From positions 1 to 58,392 of IMG/VR virus record IMGVR_UViG_3300021427_000036: 58,392 bases of DNA; one strand, 5' to 3'. Made by a program: the position numbers and the translations under genes. Every line of letters starts with the position of its first letter. Position 1 is the first letter of the stretch. The DNA is from a virus. Its lineage: Duplodnaviria; Caudoviricetes. This document shows positions 57,275-58,392 of the stretch, piece after piece. The notes beneath the pieces are model-generated. The model saw only the letters and a program-made list of their open reading frames with translations. It was not told the origin of the DNA and made no database searches.

Positions 57275-58392
57275 CAGCTTGCCTTCCTACCTCGAGCTCG
57301 TTCACGCAGTGCCTTTTCCTCATCCAGTTGACGAGCCAGCTTCACGATGTCTTGGTCACTACGGATATGAGCTACACCAACTAATGGGCCATTGTATGTA
57401 GTGCTACCCCCAGCAGCCGCAGCCATCGCTGGTGTGGTCATTCCTAGCGTTCCTGTGTTCAGTGGGATCGCAGACAAGGACCTACTCATGCTGCTAATGG
57501 ATCGCAGCAGGTTGCCCTCAGTGGCCCAGGCCTGCTTCTCGATATCCATGAGGGTATACTCGATCTTGGTCTTCGGAGAACCCTTGATACCATCCTTGAA
57601 GCCCTGCCAAAGTCCATCAGCAAATGCCCACCCTGCATCCCAAGCATCTTGAGCGAGACCAGTAACTAGGTCGATAGCATCCATGAAGAGTTGCCAGATC
57701 GCTTGGGGAAGACCGGTAAGAACATCCCAAATCCCGTTCCAAACATTGGTACCGATATCCCAAGCTGCACCGAAGAACTGGGGAACAGCTCCAATCAACC
57801 AGTTAAGGATATCAGTGAAGAATCCAATGACTATGCCTGGAATCTGCTGTATCCAACCCCAAATGGTAGAGAATACCGTACTCCCAAAGTTCCACAAGAA
57901 ACTAACGACCTGAGGAACCCACGTTACCAGGAAGTTCCAGATACCTGTGAAGAATGTCACAAACCATCCAGGCAGCTGACTGATCCAGTCAATGATCCCA
58001 TGTACAAGCGCAAAGCCAAATTCCCAAGCCCATAAAACAGCTGCTGGGATCCAGTCCAGGAGAAGATCACTGATGAGGGTAAGAACCTTGATTATGGCAT
58101 CCTGCATCAGCTTTTGTGCTCTAATCTTAAACCTAGCCATGGCCCCGGCAATCTCACCCAAAACACGACCAATGGCATAACCCACTTGTCTAGGCGATGG
58201 AATCAGTCCCCATATGGCTTTAGCTGCTTCACTCACATATCCGGCAATTATGCCGGGGAGTTCCTGGAAGAAGTCAACAACAGCCCCTGCTGCAGTTGAC
58301 AATCCATCAACCAAACCGTTCCAGACATCCGCAAACCAAGAACCAACTCCAGACACGAATCCTGTGATAGCATTCCAGATATCACTGAAGAA
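57274..58392 (-). CDS. Tape measure protein, C-terminal part (joined protein about 894 aa)
   Basis: Periodic W/F amphipathic repeats (WFADVWNGL, WDIGTNVWNGIW); directly upstream of Dit; frame continuous with 1-1704. Confidence 0.9.
   Translation of the reverse strand, partial: FFSDIWNAITGFVSGVGSWFADVWNGLVDGLSTAAGAVVDFFQELPGIIAGYVSEAAKAIWGLIPSPRQVGYAIGRVLGEIAGAMARFKIRAQKLMQDAIIKVLTLISDLLLDWIPAAVLWAWEFGFALVHGIIDWISQLPGWFVTFFTGIWNFLVTWVPQVVSFLWNFGSTVFSTIWGWIQQIPGIVIGFFTDILNWLIGAVPQFFGAAWDIGTNVWNGIWDVLTGLPQAIWQLFMDAIDLVTGLAQDAWDAGWAFADGLWQGFKDGIKGSPKTKIEYTLMDIEKQAWATEGNLLRSISSMSRSLSAIPLNTGTLGMTTPAMAAAAGGSTTYNGPLVGVAHIRSDQDIVKLARQLDEEKALRERARGRKAS
58255..58392. repeat. Terminal direct repeat copy 2
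   Basis: Matches 1-138; the last 126 bp are exact. Confidence 0.95.

Noticed and set aside
1-58392. Integrase/repressor lysogeny module, tRNA genes, reverse transcriptase/DGR, introns or inteins
   Set aside because: No recombinase or RT motifs, no tRNA cloverleaf noticed, and polA and terL are uninterrupted; a tRNAscan-SE and HMM run would be needed to exclude them formally

Overview
The window is an essentially complete tailed dsDNA phage genome (siphovirus-type) whose ends overlap: 1-138 matches 58255-58392 except for one codon, and the break lies inside the tape-measure gene, giving about 58.25 kb if circular. Most genes are on the minus strand. The structural arm runs from ~17180 down to 1 and on from 58392 to ~50880: C5 methyltransferase, collagen/fibre genes, a JAB peptidase, terminase, portal, scaffold, capsid, neck, tail, TMP, Dit, tail tip, endolysin and holin. 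The replication/nucleotide arm (49942 to 36119) has an SNF2 helicase, two EndoVII nucleases, an NMP kinase, a dUTPase/MazG-like protein, two divergent thymidylate-synthase paralogues, dCMP deaminase, a UDG-PolA fusion, a PD-(D/E)XK exonuclease, an AAA ATPase, SSB and VRR-NUC. A primase-helicase lies separately at 24567-26663. About 18 kb (17.5-36 kb) is small early/accessory ORFs. I saw no integrase, tRNA or CRISPR array, so the phage is probably lytic; leaderless SigA-type promoters and gene content suggest an actinobacterial host (inference). The most unusual signals are: (1) about 19 mostly intergenic copies of a 15-bp palindrome GGTCTC(AAT/ATT/ATC)GAGACC interleaved with a family of leaderless promoters and four paralogous winged-HTH proteins; (2) a ~450-nt highly structured minus-strand non-coding RNA candidate at 33140-33600; (3) a pyrimidine-modification cassette with two TS paralogues carrying the cytosine-type Asp plus a polymerase with a degenerate UDG domain. 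All calls come from reading the sequence by eye; no database searches were run.
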